From an uncultured delta proteobacterium (GTDB lineage Bacteria; Desulfobacterota; Syntrophorhabdia; Syntrophorhabdales; Syntrophorhabdaceae), in contig CAIQJW010000218.1 in assembly GCA_903872255.1 (NCBI GenBank), positions 1 to 33,549 of the forward strand: 33,549 nt of DNA, written 5' to 3'. Of this stretch, positions 9,718-19,498 are shown in pieces. Positions within the stretch are counted from its first letter, which is position 1. Each line of letters starts with the position of its first letter. The position numbers and the translations under genes are program-made. The notes under the pieces were generated by a model. It searched no databases. It was not told where the DNA came from and saw only the letters and a program-made list of their open reading frames with translations.

Positions 9718-10164
9718 TTAATGCCCGGTTGTCGTGCCTCGTCTGATCTCCGCTATAAATCCCATCACCTTCTCCTTTATAGCATCCCGGACTTGACGCG
9801 TTTCTTCAAGCTTCTCTTCCCGGGTACCGGAGAATGTCGAGGGGTCCTCAAAGCTCCAGTGCAGGGTTTTCGTGCGAAGACCCGGAAAGACCGGACAGGT
9901 TTGCGCCTCGTCACAAACTGTAATAACATACGAAAATAATTCACCCTGCTTGTATTTTTCAAAAACACTTTTGGTAGTATTCCGGGAAATATCTATGCCC
10001 GTCTCCTTCATGACCTCGACAGCAAGGGGGTTAAGCACGCCTGGTTCCATTCCTGCGCTTTCGGCCTGGAAATGCTCGCCGCCAATAGTGTTAAGAAACG
10101 CTTCGGCGATCTGACTTCTGGCGCTATTATGTATGCAGACGAACAATACCCTTAATTTATTCAT
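9718..10164 (-). CDS. arsC: Low-molecular-weight phosphatase fold protein, ArsC (thioredoxin-coupled arsenate reductase)-like
   Basis: P-loop VCIHNSARS (CX5R) and a downstream [12 protein letters not shown] Cys pair. Starts 17 nt after the phoU stop with an AAGGGGAG RBS. Confidence 0.65.
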   Translation of the reverse strand: MNKLRVLFVCIHNSARSQIAEAFLNTIGGEHFQAESAGMEPGVLNPLAVEVMKETGIDISRNTTKSVFEKYKQGELFSYVITVCDEAQTCPVFPGLRTKTLHWSFEDPSTFSGTREEKLEETRQVRDAIKEKVMGFIAEIRRGTTTGH

Positions 10165-10181
10165 ATCGGGGCTCCCCTTAT

Positions 10182-10841
10182 TCAGGCCCTTTCTTCAAGA
10201 TGATGTTTGATCACCCTTCCTTCAACCATAAATATCACATCCTCGCAGATGTTTGTCGAAAGATCGGCGACCCGCTCAAGATTGTTGGCTATCCTGATGA
10301 GATGCAGGGCCCGTTCGATCGTTGTCGGGTCCGATGACATAAATGTAACAAGCTCCCTGAAGATCTGGTCCTGGATGGCATCAATGATATAGTCCCGTTC
10401 ACATACCTCCTGCGCCAGGGCGGCATTCTCGTCGATAAAAGAACTGATGGCATCACTCAGGCTCTTTATGGTTTCATCCGCCATTCTGGGTATATCAATC
10501 AGCGGCTTTACCGGGGAATGGGATATAAGGAACAGCCCGCTGTCGGCAATGTTCGCCACATGATCACCCATTCGCTCCAGATCGCTGTTCATCTTGAATA
10601 TCATGAGGACGACCCTGAGATCCCGGGCCCTCGGCTGATACTGTGCAATGGTAGTCGTGCAAAGATCATCTATCCTTATCTCGCGCTCGTTGGTAAGCGG
10701 CTCCATTATATCTATGACCTCTGCAAGCGGGGTCTTTACCCTATTCATCAACCCATTCATACTTTTGGCGATCATGTCCTCCACAAACACGCCATACTCG
10801 ATGATCTCTTTTTTAAGCCCCTTTATCCGGTCCTGAAGCAT
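10182..10841 (-). CDS. phoU: Phosphate signalling complex protein PhoU
   Basis: 219 aa with two PhoU repeats carrying the conserved (E/D)xxxD metal motifs ([13 protein letters not shown]; [14 protein letters not shown]). Follows pstB. Confidence 0.9.
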   Translation of the reverse strand: MLQDRIKGLKKEIIEYGVFVEDMIAKSMNGLMNRVKTPLAEVIDIMEPLTNEREIRIDDLCTTTIAQYQPRARDLRVVLMIFKMNSDLERMGDHVANIADSGLFLISHSPVKPLIDIPRMADETIKSLSDAISSFIDENAALAQEVCERDYIIDAIQDQIFRELVTFMSSDPTTIERALHLIRIANNLERVADLSTNICEDVIFMVEGRVIKHHLEERA

Positions 10842-10849
10842 TCGCCCTC

Positions 10850-11608
10850 CTATCCGAATTTTCCCGTTAAGTACTCTTCCGTAAGTTTATCTTTTGGCAC
10901 GGTGAACATTTTCTCGGTCGGCCCGAATTCGATGAGCTTCCCCAAATAAATAAATGCGGTGAAATCCGATACCCGGGCGGCCTGTCCAATATTATGGGTA
11001 ACAAGAAGCATAGTTACGCTCTTTTTCAGTTCCACGAAGAGCTCTTCGATTTGAGCTGTTGATTTTGGGTCGAGCGCCGAGGTGGGTTCGTCAAACAATA
11101 TTATCTCCGGGTTCATCGCAAGCGCCCTGGCTATGCAAAGGCGCTGCTGCTGACCCCCCGACAGAAATGTCCCTTTTCGATGGAGCGTGTCTTTCACTTC
11201 ATTCCAAAGCGCGGCTTTTCTTAATGATTGTTCAACAATGCCGTCCATTTCCGATTTCGGCATCTTGATACCGTTCAATTTATAGCCGGCAACCACATTT
11301 TCATAAATGCTCATTGTCGGAAAAGGGTTCGGCTTTTGAAACACCATACCGACCTTTCTCCGTAGAATGATGGGCTGCATTGCATAGATGTCTTCGTTAA
11401 GAAGGGACATTTTCCCCGATACGCTGGCACCCGGGATCAGCTCGTGCATCCTGTTGATACACCGTATAAGGGTTGTCTTGCCGCATCCCGATGGCCCCAT
11501 AAGAGCGGCGACAACGTTTTTTTGCACCGTAAGATCGACATTATGGAGGATCTTCTGGTCCCCGAAACAGGCGCTGAAACCTTCAACTGTTAAAACTGTA
11601 TTTTCCAT
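10850..11608 (-). CDS. pstB: Phosphate ABC transporter ATP-binding protein PstB
   Basis: Walker [10 protein letters not shown], signature [14 protein letters not shown], Walker [12 protein letters not shown]. The likely start is ATG 11606-11608 ([10 protein letters not shown]), overlapping the pstA 3' end. The longer track ORF N-terminus runs inside pstA. Confidence 0.9.
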   Translation of the reverse strand: MENTVLTVEGFSACFGDQKILHNVDLTVQKNVVAALMGPSGCGKTTLIRCINRMHELIPGASVSGKMSLLNEDIYAMQPIILRRKVGMVFQKPNPFPTMSIYENVVAGYKLNGIKMPKSEMDGIVEQSLRKAALWNEVKDTLHRKGTFLSGGQQQRLCIARALAMNPEIILFDEPTSALDPKSTAQIEELFVELKKSVTMLLVTHNIGQAARVSDFTAFIYLGKLIEFGPTEKMFTVPKDKLTEEYLTGKFG

Positions 11609-12435
11609 TTTGCCGAAATACCTCGTGCGATCAGATTTAGGGAAAGTGTGAGGACAACAAGTACGAATGAAGCCCCCCAGGCGAATGAATGCCACTCGGG
11701 GTATGGGCTCATCGCATAATAAAATATCCGGTAAGGCAATGAATCAATTGGTTTGAAGATGTTGATGTTCATGAACTGGTTGCCAAAGGCCGTAAAAAGC
11801 AGCGGCGCTGTTTCTCCCGTAATTCGGGCCACGCTGAGCAGTATCCCGGTCAATATGCCGCTCATACCGGACGGAAGCACGACTTTGAGCAGCGTTCTAT
11901 AATACGGCACGCCGAGGGCGAGAGAGGCCTCCTTTAAGTGATACGGAACAAGCTTGAGAGTTTCTTCCGTCGTCTTGACAATAACGGGCAGCATCATGAT
12001 GGCAAGGGCAATGCCCCCCGAAAGGGCTGAGAAGGATTTCAGCGGGCCGACGATCCACAGGTAGGCGATGATCCCTATAACGATCGACGGTGTACCCTGA
12101 AGGACAATGACGCTCAATCGGATAGAATTGCTGAGCCTGCCGGTTTTATTCTCGGCAAGATATATTCCCGCGGCTATTCCGCATGGTATTGATAAAACAC
12201 TTGAAAGAACTATAAGTATCAACGTTCCCACAATGGCATTAAAGACGCCTCCGCCTGTTTCACCGATCGGCCGGGGCAGGCTCGTCAGAAAATCCCAGTT
12301 AATAACTGCGATCCCGTTCTTTGTTATGTAATAAAGGATCAGAAAGAGCGGGAGCAGGGAAATAAAAGCAAAAAGGCAGATAGCGCTTTTGAAAAAGACA
12401 TCCCTTACGAGACGCGCCTTTATGTTATTGACCAT
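11590..12435 (-). CDS. pstA: Phosphate ABC transporter permease PstA
   Basis: 281 aa, 6-TM permease with the EAA-type loop ([20 protein letters not shown]). Lies between pstC and pstB. Confidence 0.9.
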   Translation of the reverse strand: MVNNIKARLVRDVFFKSAICLFAFISLLPLFLILYYITKNGIAVINWDFLTSLPRPIGETGGGVFNAIVGTLILIVLSSVLSIPCGIAAGIYLAENKTGRLSNSIRLSVIVLQGTPSIVIGIIAYLWIVGPLKSFSALSGGIALAIMMLPVIVKTTEETLKLVPYHLKEASLALGVPYYRTLLKVVLPSGMSGILTGILLSVARITGETAPLLFTAFGNQFMNINIFKPIDSLPYRIFYYAMSPYPEWHSFAWGASFVLVVLTLSLNLIARGISAKWKIQF

Positions 12436-13358
12436 TACGTGACCTCACGCGATGATTCAATGCTGAGCTTCTGGATCACATAGGCTCCGGCAATATTGAC
12501 TATTATCGTCACAAAGAATAAGACCAACGCCACATATATGAGAGAAGCCGACGTGACCCCTGTGGCCTCGGCAAATTCGTTCGCAATAACACTGGCCATT
12601 GTATTGGCGGGACTGAATATGCTCGTCGGCAGGAAATTGCTGTTGCCTATAAGCATCGTCACGGCCATCGTCTCTCCTATGGCTCGTCCCAAAGCAAGAA
12701 GGATCCCCGCTATTATCCCCGACCGGGCGTAAGGAATAACGATGTTCCTGATGACCTCGAAGCGTGTCGCGCCCAGGGAATATGCAGCTTCTTTAAGGTC
12801 GCCGGGGACAAGGGTAATAACTTCCCTGCCAATGGATGCGGAAAAAGGGATGATCATGATAGCGAGGATCAACGAAGAGGTCAGGATCCCGACGCCCTGA
12901 GGCGCAACCCCAATTTGCATCTCTATGAACCTTACGCCGGGCATGAGAAGGAAAAGGCCCCACAATCCGTATATGACCGACGGGATGCCTGCAAGAACTT
13001 CCACCGCACTGCGAAGAAAACCCGATACCACCCCGTTCTTATAATATTCACCGAGCAATAGCGAGATGGCTATTGAAAACGGGATCGATATCAAAAGCGC
13101 CAGGAAGGATGTAGCAAGGGTCCCGACAAGGAAGGGAAGGGCGCCAAACGTTTCCGATGCGGCGTTCCAGGTCCTTGCGATAAAGAAAAAAACCCCAAAT
13201 TCGCGTATTGCCGGTATGGCATTTATGAAAAGAGTCCCCAGTACCCCCAAAAGGAGAAGAACAATAAAACCGCCGCTTAGCGTGAGAATGAACGTGAATG
13301 CCCTTTCAGAGCGGTCTATATGCCGGGTCAATTTTTTGCTTTGTCTGATCATAGCCAA
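12435..13358 (-). CDS. pstC: Phosphate ABC transporter permease PstC
   Basis: 307 aa permease with EAAYSLGATRFEVIRNIVIP. Its stop overlaps the pstA start by 1 nt. Confidence 0.9.
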   Translation of the reverse strand: MAMIRQSKKLTRHIDRSERAFTFILTLSGGFIVLLLLGVLGTLFINAIPAIREFGVFFFIARTWNAASETFGALPFLVGTLATSFLALLISIPFSIAISLLLGEYYKNGVVSGFLRSAVEVLAGIPSVIYGLWGLFLLMPGVRFIEMQIGVAPQGVGILTSSLILAIMIIPFSASIGREVITLVPGDLKEAAYSLGATRFEVIRNIVIPYARSGIIAGILLALGRAIGETMAVTMLIGNSNFLPTSIFSPANTMASVIANEFAEATGVTSASLIYVALVLFFVTIIVNIAGAYVIQKLSIESSREVT

Positions 13359-13405
13359 TCAAACAGGGGCGGATAATATTTTCCCGTTCCTGTTTGCTCC
13401 CATTT

Positions 13406-14467
13406 TTATTTTAATAATGGCGCGCCGTTATAGGTCATCGAGCCGATTATCTTCACTGATTTCGCCGCAGCTTCTTTTGATAATGGTGCGTATTGAAGCG
13501 GCTCAACATGTCTCTGGCCGTTCCCTACGGACCACATAAGCAGTTTAGCCAGGGTCGCCGCGCGTTCTTTTGTTTTGCCGCCGTAGTTTTGCTCCTTGAA
13601 GAAAATAAGCCATGTGAAACCGCTGATCGGATACCCGGCGGCAGCATCGGTATTTGTCAGGGATACATTCGTGTCGTCCGGTATCTTCACGTTTGCGGCA
13701 GCGCTGACAGACCGTAAGGACGGTTCAATGAATTTCCCCGCCTTATTCTTCACGTTGCCGTAGGCCATTTTGTTCTGAATTGCGTAAAGTAATTCCACAT
13801 AGCCTATGGCCCCCGGTGTTTGCTTCACGTACCCGGCAATACCCGGATTGCCCTTTTGGCCGATAGACCCGGCGGGCCAGTTCACTGATTTCCCCACACC
13901 CATCTTTTCTTTCCACGCATTATTAGCTTTGGCAAGGTATTCGGTAAAGATGAACGTGGTACCGCTGCCGTCCGCGCGATGAACGGGACTCATCGTCAGG
14001 TTCGGCAGAGCAATGCCGGGATTTGCAGATGCAATTTGGGGATCGTTCCATTTCGTGATAGTGCCCATAAATATGCCTGCTATCGTTTCAGGCGTAAAAT
14101 TAAGCCTGGGACTACCGGGCAGGTTGTATGCCAGGACTACGGCGCCGAGGCAGGTCGGGATGTGCAGAACGGGAGCGCCGGCGGACTGAAGCTCCTTTTC
14201 GGTCATAAAGGCGTCGGTCCCTGCAAAATCCACGGTTTTTTTGATAAGCTGGTTAATACCGCCCCCGGACCCGATCCCCTGGTAATTTACTTTTATTTTA
14301 TATTGCTGGTTGTACGCATCAAACATTTTCGAGTACAGGGGTTGCGGAAAGGTCGCCCCGGCCCCGAGCAGTTCCATGTCGGCTGCCGGCAAATGTCCCG
14401 TAAAACCGATCATTATAAACAGAAAGACCAGGGTCAATGAAAAGACTTGTGAAAAAGTACGCGTCAT
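13406..14467 (-). CDS. pstS: Phosphate ABC transporter substrate-binding protein PstS
   Basis: Signal peptide, GAGATFPQPLY, YQGIGSGGG, RADGSGTT motifs of PstS. GGAGG RBS. Confidence 0.9.
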   Translation of the reverse strand: MTRTFSQVFSLTLVFLFIMIGFTGHLPAADMELLGAGATFPQPLYSKMFDAYNQQYKIKVNYQGIGSGGGINQLIKKTVDFAGTDAFMTEKELQSAGAPVLHIPTCLGAVVLAYNLPGSPRLNFTPETIAGIFMGTITKWNDPQIASANPGIALPNLTMSPVHRADGSGTTFIFTEYLAKANNAWKEKMGVGKSVNWPAGSIGQKGNPGIAGYVKQTPGAIGYVELLYAIQNKMAYGNVKNKAGKFIEPSLRSVSAAANVKIPDDTNVSLTNTDAAAGYPISGFTWLIFFKEQNYGGKTKERAATLAKLLMWSVGNGQRHVEPLQYAPLSKEAAAKSVKIIGSMTYNGAPLLK

Positions 14468-14519
14468 AAAGACCTCCTCGCGCTTAAGATTTACAGCTGA
14501 TACAGTTTAGTCACTCAAA

Positions 14520-14558
14520 TGTTAATATTGAACAAGGCTGATGTTAAGAAACGGTTAA
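14520..14558 (-). promoter_or_regulatory. Pho-box-like direct repeats upstream of pstS
   Basis: On the minus strand: TTAACC (14558-14553), a 5-nt spacer, TTAACA (14547-14542), one degenerate slot, then TTAACA (14525-14520). All are in 11-bp register and lie 53-91 nt upstream of the pstS ATG. Confidence 0.55.
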
Positions 14559-14571
14559 GAATGACCGTCGA

Positions 14572-16299
14572 TCAGGAAATAGAGGCAGGCAACGATACGA
14601 TAAATGTCGTGCCCTTGCCGACAGTGCTTTCGACGCGGATCTTTCCATTGTGAAGAAGAACGATATGCTTGACTATCGATAGGCCAAGGCCGGTTCCGCC
14701 CAGTTTTTTGGACCTTGATTTGTCAACCACATAGAACCTTTCAAGAATGCGGGGAATATGTTCGGACGATATACCCGGCCCGGTGTCGGTTATCATGATA
14801 TTTATATCGCCGTCTGCCGTATTCATATGAATTGCGATCCCTCCGGCATCCGTGTATTTAATAGCATTGTCCAGAAGGTTAATAAAAACCTGTTCAAGCT
14901 TGAAAGGATCTCCCATGACGGGCGGGATATTGCCGGGAATATTCATTTTGACCGAAAAACCTTTTGCCCGTATTTGATTCTCAAAGATCTTCAACACCCT
15001 TTCTATAAGCGGCGCCATATCGACAGGTTCAAAATCGAGCGCGAAAGCCTTTTCTTCAAGCTTTGACAATGTCAGAAGATCACTGACGATATTGATCAGG
15101 CGATCTGTATTCCGCCTGATGATAGTGAGATAATTCTTATTTTCATCCGAAAGTGAACTTTCGTCCATGGTCTCTACGTATCCCTTGATAGATGTCAGGG
15201 GTGTGCGTAATTCATGGGACACGTTGAGGACAAAATCGCTCTTTATCTTCTCAAGCCTTTTGATTTCGGAAATATCATGAAAGACGATAACTATCTCTTC
15301 TTTGGACCTCAAAAAAGTGGCACTGCATAAATATGCCATGCCATTCATCATTATTTCTTCAGTGCGGTTTGACCGCTCGCCCCGTACTTTTTTTATAAGA
15401 TCGCTGATCGAGGGTTCCCGCAATGCTTCCCAGTAGGGCTTGCCTGTTTTCAGGTCATGCCCTGTGATATTTTTCATGCTTTCATTTGTCAGGACCACCC
15501 GTTCGTTATTATCAATAACCAGCAACCCTTCCTGCAGTGATGATATTATGCTGTTCAACTCCTCTTTCTGCCGGGTAAGCTCCGCGAACAGGCCCTGCAT
15601 CTCATCGGTCATCGCGTTGAAGCTATCCGCAACCTGTTTGAGCTCATCTCGGCCTTTCAGCAATACCCTGGCGCTGAAGTCGTGCCCGGCTACACGTCTT
15701 ATAGCGTCCGTCACTTCCGCTACGGGACGTGAGATCGTCCGGGCAAAAACAAATGCCGCGATAAGGGCCACAATAAGTACGGCGATGGCTATCTGCAGTA
15801 TTTTTGTATTGAGCCGTCCGGATACAATCTTGATATCTTTCAAGAACATACTTGTCCGGATAACATACCGGATCGTACCATCCTTCTGAACGGGTATCGC
15901 CACGTAGAGCATTTCCTGTCCCAGGGTTTCACTGAAGCGGAGATATCTTCCGGTTCCACCTTCGAGGGCCTGGGCAATCTCCGTCCTGGTGCGATGATTC
16001 TCCATTTTTTTTGGATCTTCCTGAGAATCAGCGATGACTCTGCCTTCAGCATCTACGAGGGTTATTCGGGTATTGATCTGCCCGCCCAGTGTCTTAATTG
16101 TTCTGTCGATCTGTTCATCCCGCGGGATGTCTGTAAGGCGGCTGCCGATCACCGCCGCGATATCTTTTAATTCCTGCCCGGTACGTTCCAGCTGATAATT
16201 ACGGATAAGGTACGACGAGAAAAGAACGATAAGCCCGGACAGGGCGATAATGAGAAAAAAATAACTGCCGAATATCTTAAGAAATATCGAGCGTTTCAT
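14572..16299 (-). CDS. phoR: Phosphate regulon-type sensor histidine kinase (TM-HAMP-PAS-HisKA-HATPase), PhoR-like
   Basis: H-box SHELRTPLTSI, N-box and G-boxes (DTGPGI; GGTGLGLSIVK), and a PAS segment. Overlaps the phoB 3' end and lies next to the pst operon. Confidence 0.8.
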   Translation of the reverse strand: MKRSIFLKIFGSYFFLIIALSGLIVLFSSYLIRNYQLERTGQELKDIAAVIGSRLTDIPRDEQIDRTIKTLGGQINTRITLVDAEGRVIADSQEDPKKMENHRTRTEIAQALEGGTGRYLRFSETLGQEMLYVAIPVQKDGTIRYVIRTSMFLKDIKIVSGRLNTKILQIAIAVLIVALIAAFVFARTISRPVAEVTDAIRRVAGHDFSARVLLKGRDELKQVADSFNAMTDEMQGLFAELTRQKEELNSIISSLQEGLLVIDNNERVVLTNESMKNITGHDLKTGKPYWEALREPSISDLIKKVRGERSNRTEEIMMNGMAYLCSATFLRSKEEIVIVFHDISEIKRLEKIKSDFVLNVSHELRTPLTSIKGYVETMDESSLSDENKNYLTIIRRNTDRLINIVSDLLTLSKLEEKAFALDFEPVDMAPLIERVLKIFENQIRAKGFSVKMNIPGNIPPVMGDPFKLEQVFINLLDNAIKYTDAGGIAIHMNTADGDINIMITDTGPGISSEHIPRILERFYVVDKSRSKKLGGTGLGLSIVKHIVLLHNGKIRVESTVGKGTTFIVSLPASIS

Positions 16300-16981
16300 T
16301 GTCTATCCTGTATCCGGCGCCGCGGACATTTCTTATAATATGCGACGCCTCTCCGAGTTTTTCACGTAAATGCCTGATATGAACGTCTACCGTCCGATCG
16401 ACCACAAACTTCCCATCTCCCCAGAGAAAGTTGAGTATCTGGTCTCTCGATTGAACGCGCCCCTGTCTTGACGCAAGCAAATGCAGTATTTTGAATTCAG
16501 ATGGCGTAAGATCAATTCTCCTTCCTTTCACCTCGACCTCATGTTTGTCAATGTCGATAGAAACAACATCGGCAATGATCATTCTTTGGGCCTCGTCATC
16601 ATGCCGTCCATGGCGTCTCAGGACAGCGCGGACCCGGGCAATAAGTTCGCGGGGCGAAAAAGGCTTAGTCACATAATCATCGGCTCCGAGTTCCAGGCCA
16701 ATTATCTTATCGGTTTCTTCAACCCTTGCGGTCAGCATAATGATGGGGATTAAGGAGGACCGTTCATGCCCTCTCAAATACTTGCATATTTCCAGGCCGT
16801 CTACATCGGGAAGCATCAGGTCGAGTATGACAAGGTCCGGCTGCTCTTTTGCGAGGAAACGATAAAAAGACTCCGCCTCCGTGAATTCCTTGACCCGGAA
16901 ACTGGATCTCTTGAGGTGGATCGATACCAGTTCGAGTATGTCCGGTTCGTCATCAATGATCGCTACCAGTTCGTTCGCCAT
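16277..16981 (-). CDS. phoB: OmpR/PhoB family response regulator, PhoB-like
   Basis: Receiver (IIDDEPDI...LDLMLPDVDG...TAR...KPF) plus a winged-helix output domain (LTPSEFKILHLL...VDVHIRHLREKL...IRNVRGAGYR). Confidence 0.85.
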   Translation of the reverse strand: MANELVAIIDDEPDILELVSIHLKRSSFRVKEFTEAESFYRFLAKEQPDLVILDLMLPDVDGLEICKYLRGHERSSLIPIIMLTARVEETDKIIGLELGADDYVTKPFSPRELIARVRAVLRRHGRHDDEAQRMIIADVVSIDIDKHEVEVKGRRIDLTPSEFKILHLLASRQGRVQSRDQILNFLWGDGKFVVDRTVDVHIRHLREKLGEASHIIRNVRGAGYRIDNETLDIS

Positions 16982-17030
16982 ATTACGAGATTACCCCACC
17001 AGCCATATTTTGCATATAATAAAACAATAT

Positions 17031-17047
17031 TGTTAATTTTGGGTTAA
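17031..17047 (-). promoter_or_regulatory. Pho-box-like direct repeat upstream of phoB
   Basis: On the minus strand: TTAACC (17047-17042), a 5-nt spacer, TTAACA (17036-17031), 50-66 nt upstream of the phoB ATG. The hexamer pair and spacing match those upstream of pstS. Confidence 0.5.
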
Positions 17048-17223
17048 GAAGATGATATGTGACAGACCATATTCTCGAAAGAGCATCATTATAGTTACCC
17101 ATCATCGGGTTATTCTTTCAAATTACCGCGAAACAACCGTTTCTATTTCGATTTCCGGGATGTATGATCTATACTATGCATGCGGCATTCGATGCCGTTA
17201 ATGAGATGCAGGGCATAGACACA

Positions 17224-17506
17224 ATGCGCATATTGATAATTGAAGATGAAAAGAAAACGAACCAGTATCTTGTCAAAGGGCTGACCGAGCATGAATTTGT
17301 TGCCGACGCCTCACATACGGGAGAGGTTCTCACGCGGGCCTTTGCAGGTACGGGACATCAATTTCGATAGCGATACCAACGTGATGGACATTGCAATCCG
17401 GCGGCTAAGAAAAAAAGCGGACGGCCCGTATCCCGTAAAATTGATCCATACTATTCGCGGTGCCGGGTATGTCCTGGAAGACCGCCGGGAATCTAATGAA
17501 TCGTAG
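17224..17506 (+). pseudogene. Decayed CusR/CopR-type (OmpR family) response regulator: large internal deletion plus frameshift
   Basis: [30 protein letters not shown] (first ~30 receiver residues) runs directly into HTGEVLTRA, which belongs to the winged-helix domain. The rest ([25 protein letters not shown]...[14 protein letters not shown]) is in another frame. The receiver phospho-acceptor region is missing altogether. Confidence 0.75.
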
Positions 17507-18950
17507 CAGGATAGCCGAATCCCTTTCAATTACGAAACGCCTGACAATCCTTTACGCTATTTCTGCGTTCATCCTGCTTGCCATATCGGCCATTATCCTG
17601 GATTGGATACTCGTAAGCGACATGGAGTTTGAGGACAACCAGTTCCTCGCTTCAGAAATACAGGGCATCCGGTTATTGCTGCATGAACATCCCCGCGATA
17701 CCGGTACATGGAAGAAGGTTATAGAGAGGGAAACCATCGCTTCGGCGTCCGTCTATCTGAAATATTATGTCCGTATTCTTGATGAGAAAGGCGTTTCTCT
17801 GGTTGAAACCCCGGGCATGAGCGAGGTTCTGGCGAAGACTTCCTTCCCGCTTTACGGGAATTCCCGGGAGCCCGGGGTAAAGGGGGTAAAGCTGAAAGCG
17901 GCAGATGGACGGCCCTTTCTTGTTATGGCCTCACTGGCGGAACCGGGCCCTGCCGGTACCGAAGATAAATATATCCAGATAGCGCTCGATATGTCCCACG
18001 AGGATGCGATCATCCACGGTTATCGCCGTAAAATGTTCATTATACTTATCGCTGGGGTCTTTTTCTCGGCAATGATAGGGTTTCTCGTTGCGCGGGAAGG
18101 TTTGCGGCCTTTAAAGGACATTGCCCGGTCCGTGCAGACCATCGGGGCGGACCGCCTCCATGAAAGGGTAGCGTCAAAACGTTGGCCCCGGGAGGTCATG
18201 ACCCTTGCGAGGTCCTTTGATGCGATGCTTGAAAGACTGGAAAATTCCTTCATTGGATTATCCCGGTTTTCGGCGGATCTCGCCCATGAACTCAGGACCC
18301 CGATCAATAATTTGAGGGGCGAGGCAGAAGTGGCCCTGTATAAGGCACGCGAAGCTTCCGAATACCGGCAGGTCATTGAATCAAGCCTCGAAGAGTACGG
18401 CCGTCTCTCGCGAATGATAGAGAACCTTTTATTTCTCGCACGGGCTGAAAGCAGGGATACCACGATCAGGTATTCCGCCATCAATGCGCGCAAAGATATC
18501 GACGCGCTTCTGGAATTTTACGACGCGATATCCCAGGAAAAACAGATAAACGTGACGTGCAGCGGAGAGGCAGTCCTTAAGGCCGATCCCGTACTCTTTC
18601 GCCAGGCGCTAAGTAATGTCCTGTCCAATGCCTTCCAGTATACCCCGGAAAACGGCGCCATCGAGATCGAAATAGCACAGCGGGACGACGGGTCTGTGCA
18701 TATATCCATCAGCGATACGGGCATCGGGATCGAACCTGAAAACTTATCGAAAATTTTCAACCGGTTTTTCAGGACAGAACGGGCGAAGAACTATTACCCC
18801 GAGGGCACCGGCCTCGGCTTCTCTATCGTTCAATCAATAATGGACCTGCACGGTGGTTCCGTATCTATTGAGAGCGAACCGGACAGGGGAACAACGGTCG
18901 TTTTCGTATTCAATAAGCCTAAGGACATTTCTAGCATTACAGTATTGTAA
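17496..18950 (+). CDS. Heavy-metal sensor histidine kinase (CusS/CopS family)
   Basis: Two TM segments flank a periplasmic domain, followed by HAMP, H-box [24 protein letters not shown] and the HATPase domain (DTGIGI; [12 protein letters not shown]). ATG 17496 overlaps the remnant regulator stop, as in intact cusRS pairs. Confidence 0.8.
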   Translation: MNRSRIAESLSITKRLTILYAISAFILLAISAIILDWILVSDMEFEDNQFLASEIQGIRLLLHEHPRDTGTWKKVIERETIASASVYLKYYVRILDEKGVSLVETPGMSEVLAKTSFPLYGNSREPGVKGVKLKAADGRPFLVMASLAEPGPAGTEDKYIQIALDMSHEDAIIHGYRRKMFIILIAGVFFSAMIGFLVAREGLRPLKDIARSVQTIGADRLHERVASKRWPREVMTLARSFDAMLERLENSFIGLSRFSADLAHELRTPINNLRGEAEVALYKAREASEYRQVIESSLEEYGRLSRMIENLLFLARAESRDTTIRYSAINARKDIDALLEFYDAISQEKQINVTCSGEAVLKADPVLFRQALSNVLSNAFQYTPENGAIEIEIAQRDDGSVHISISDTGIGIEPENLSKIFNRFFRTERAKNYYPEGTGLGFSIVQSIMDLHGGSVSIESEPDRGTTVVFVFNKPKDISSITVL

Positions 18951-19156
18951 CTCAGCTGTAATCATCCTGTAATCGTCCATCCTGTATTATTTCGAGAACA
19001 AAAAATGATCTCAAGACTATTTATAGCGGTAGAGACAAATGACATTATCTGACGTGACTCATGTTTTTTTTATATGTGTTCTTGTAGCTATAGGGCTAGT
19101 GGCCTTTTACGTGCTCCGAAAAGGATAGACTTGTCAAATTAGAATAAGGAGTTGCA

Positions 19157-19498
19157 ATGATCTGCCAGAATTGTAAGAATGAATTACCGGGAGAATTTAA
19201 ATTCTGTCCTAATTGCGGTGCTGCAGTCGCACAGAAAGGGTTTTGCCCGGGCTGTGGAAAACAGACGGAGCCGGGCTGGGCAGCATGCGCATTCTGCGGT
19301 TTTCGGTTATCGTCCCCACCACACGCTGCAGCGCCATCCCAACCACACGCTGCAGCGCCACCCCAACCGCCACCGCCTCAGGGGTATTATGAACCAAGGC
19401 ATGGATATCACCATGGGTCCAGTTCCGGACATCATGGCGGGCATTATGGGAACCAGTACCGGAAAAAAGGGCTTTTGGGAAGAATATTTTCGTCCTGA
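19157..19498 (+). CDS. Double zinc-ribbon protein with a Pro/His/Gly-rich tail; ends at a TGA that is in frame with the downstream kinase domain
   Basis: CQNC..CPNCG and CPGCG..CAFCG ribbons, then PHAAAPSQPHAAAPPQPPPPQGYY...HHGSSSGHHGGHYG. AAGGAG RBS 6 nt upstream of the ATG. Confidence 0.65.
   Translation: MICQNCKNELPGEFKFCPNCGAAVAQKGFCPGCGKQTEPGWAACAFCGFRLSSPPHAAAPSQPHAAAPPQPPPPQGYYEPRHGYHHGSSSGHHGGHYGNQYRKKGLLGRIFSS
19319..19366 (+). repeat. Perfectly phased 24-bp tandem duplication inside the zinc-ribbon ORF linker
   Basis: CCACACGCTGCAGCGCCATCCCAA / CCACACGCTGCAGCGCCACCCCAA with one mismatch, encoding PHAAAPSQ / PHAAAPPQ. Confidence 0.9.
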
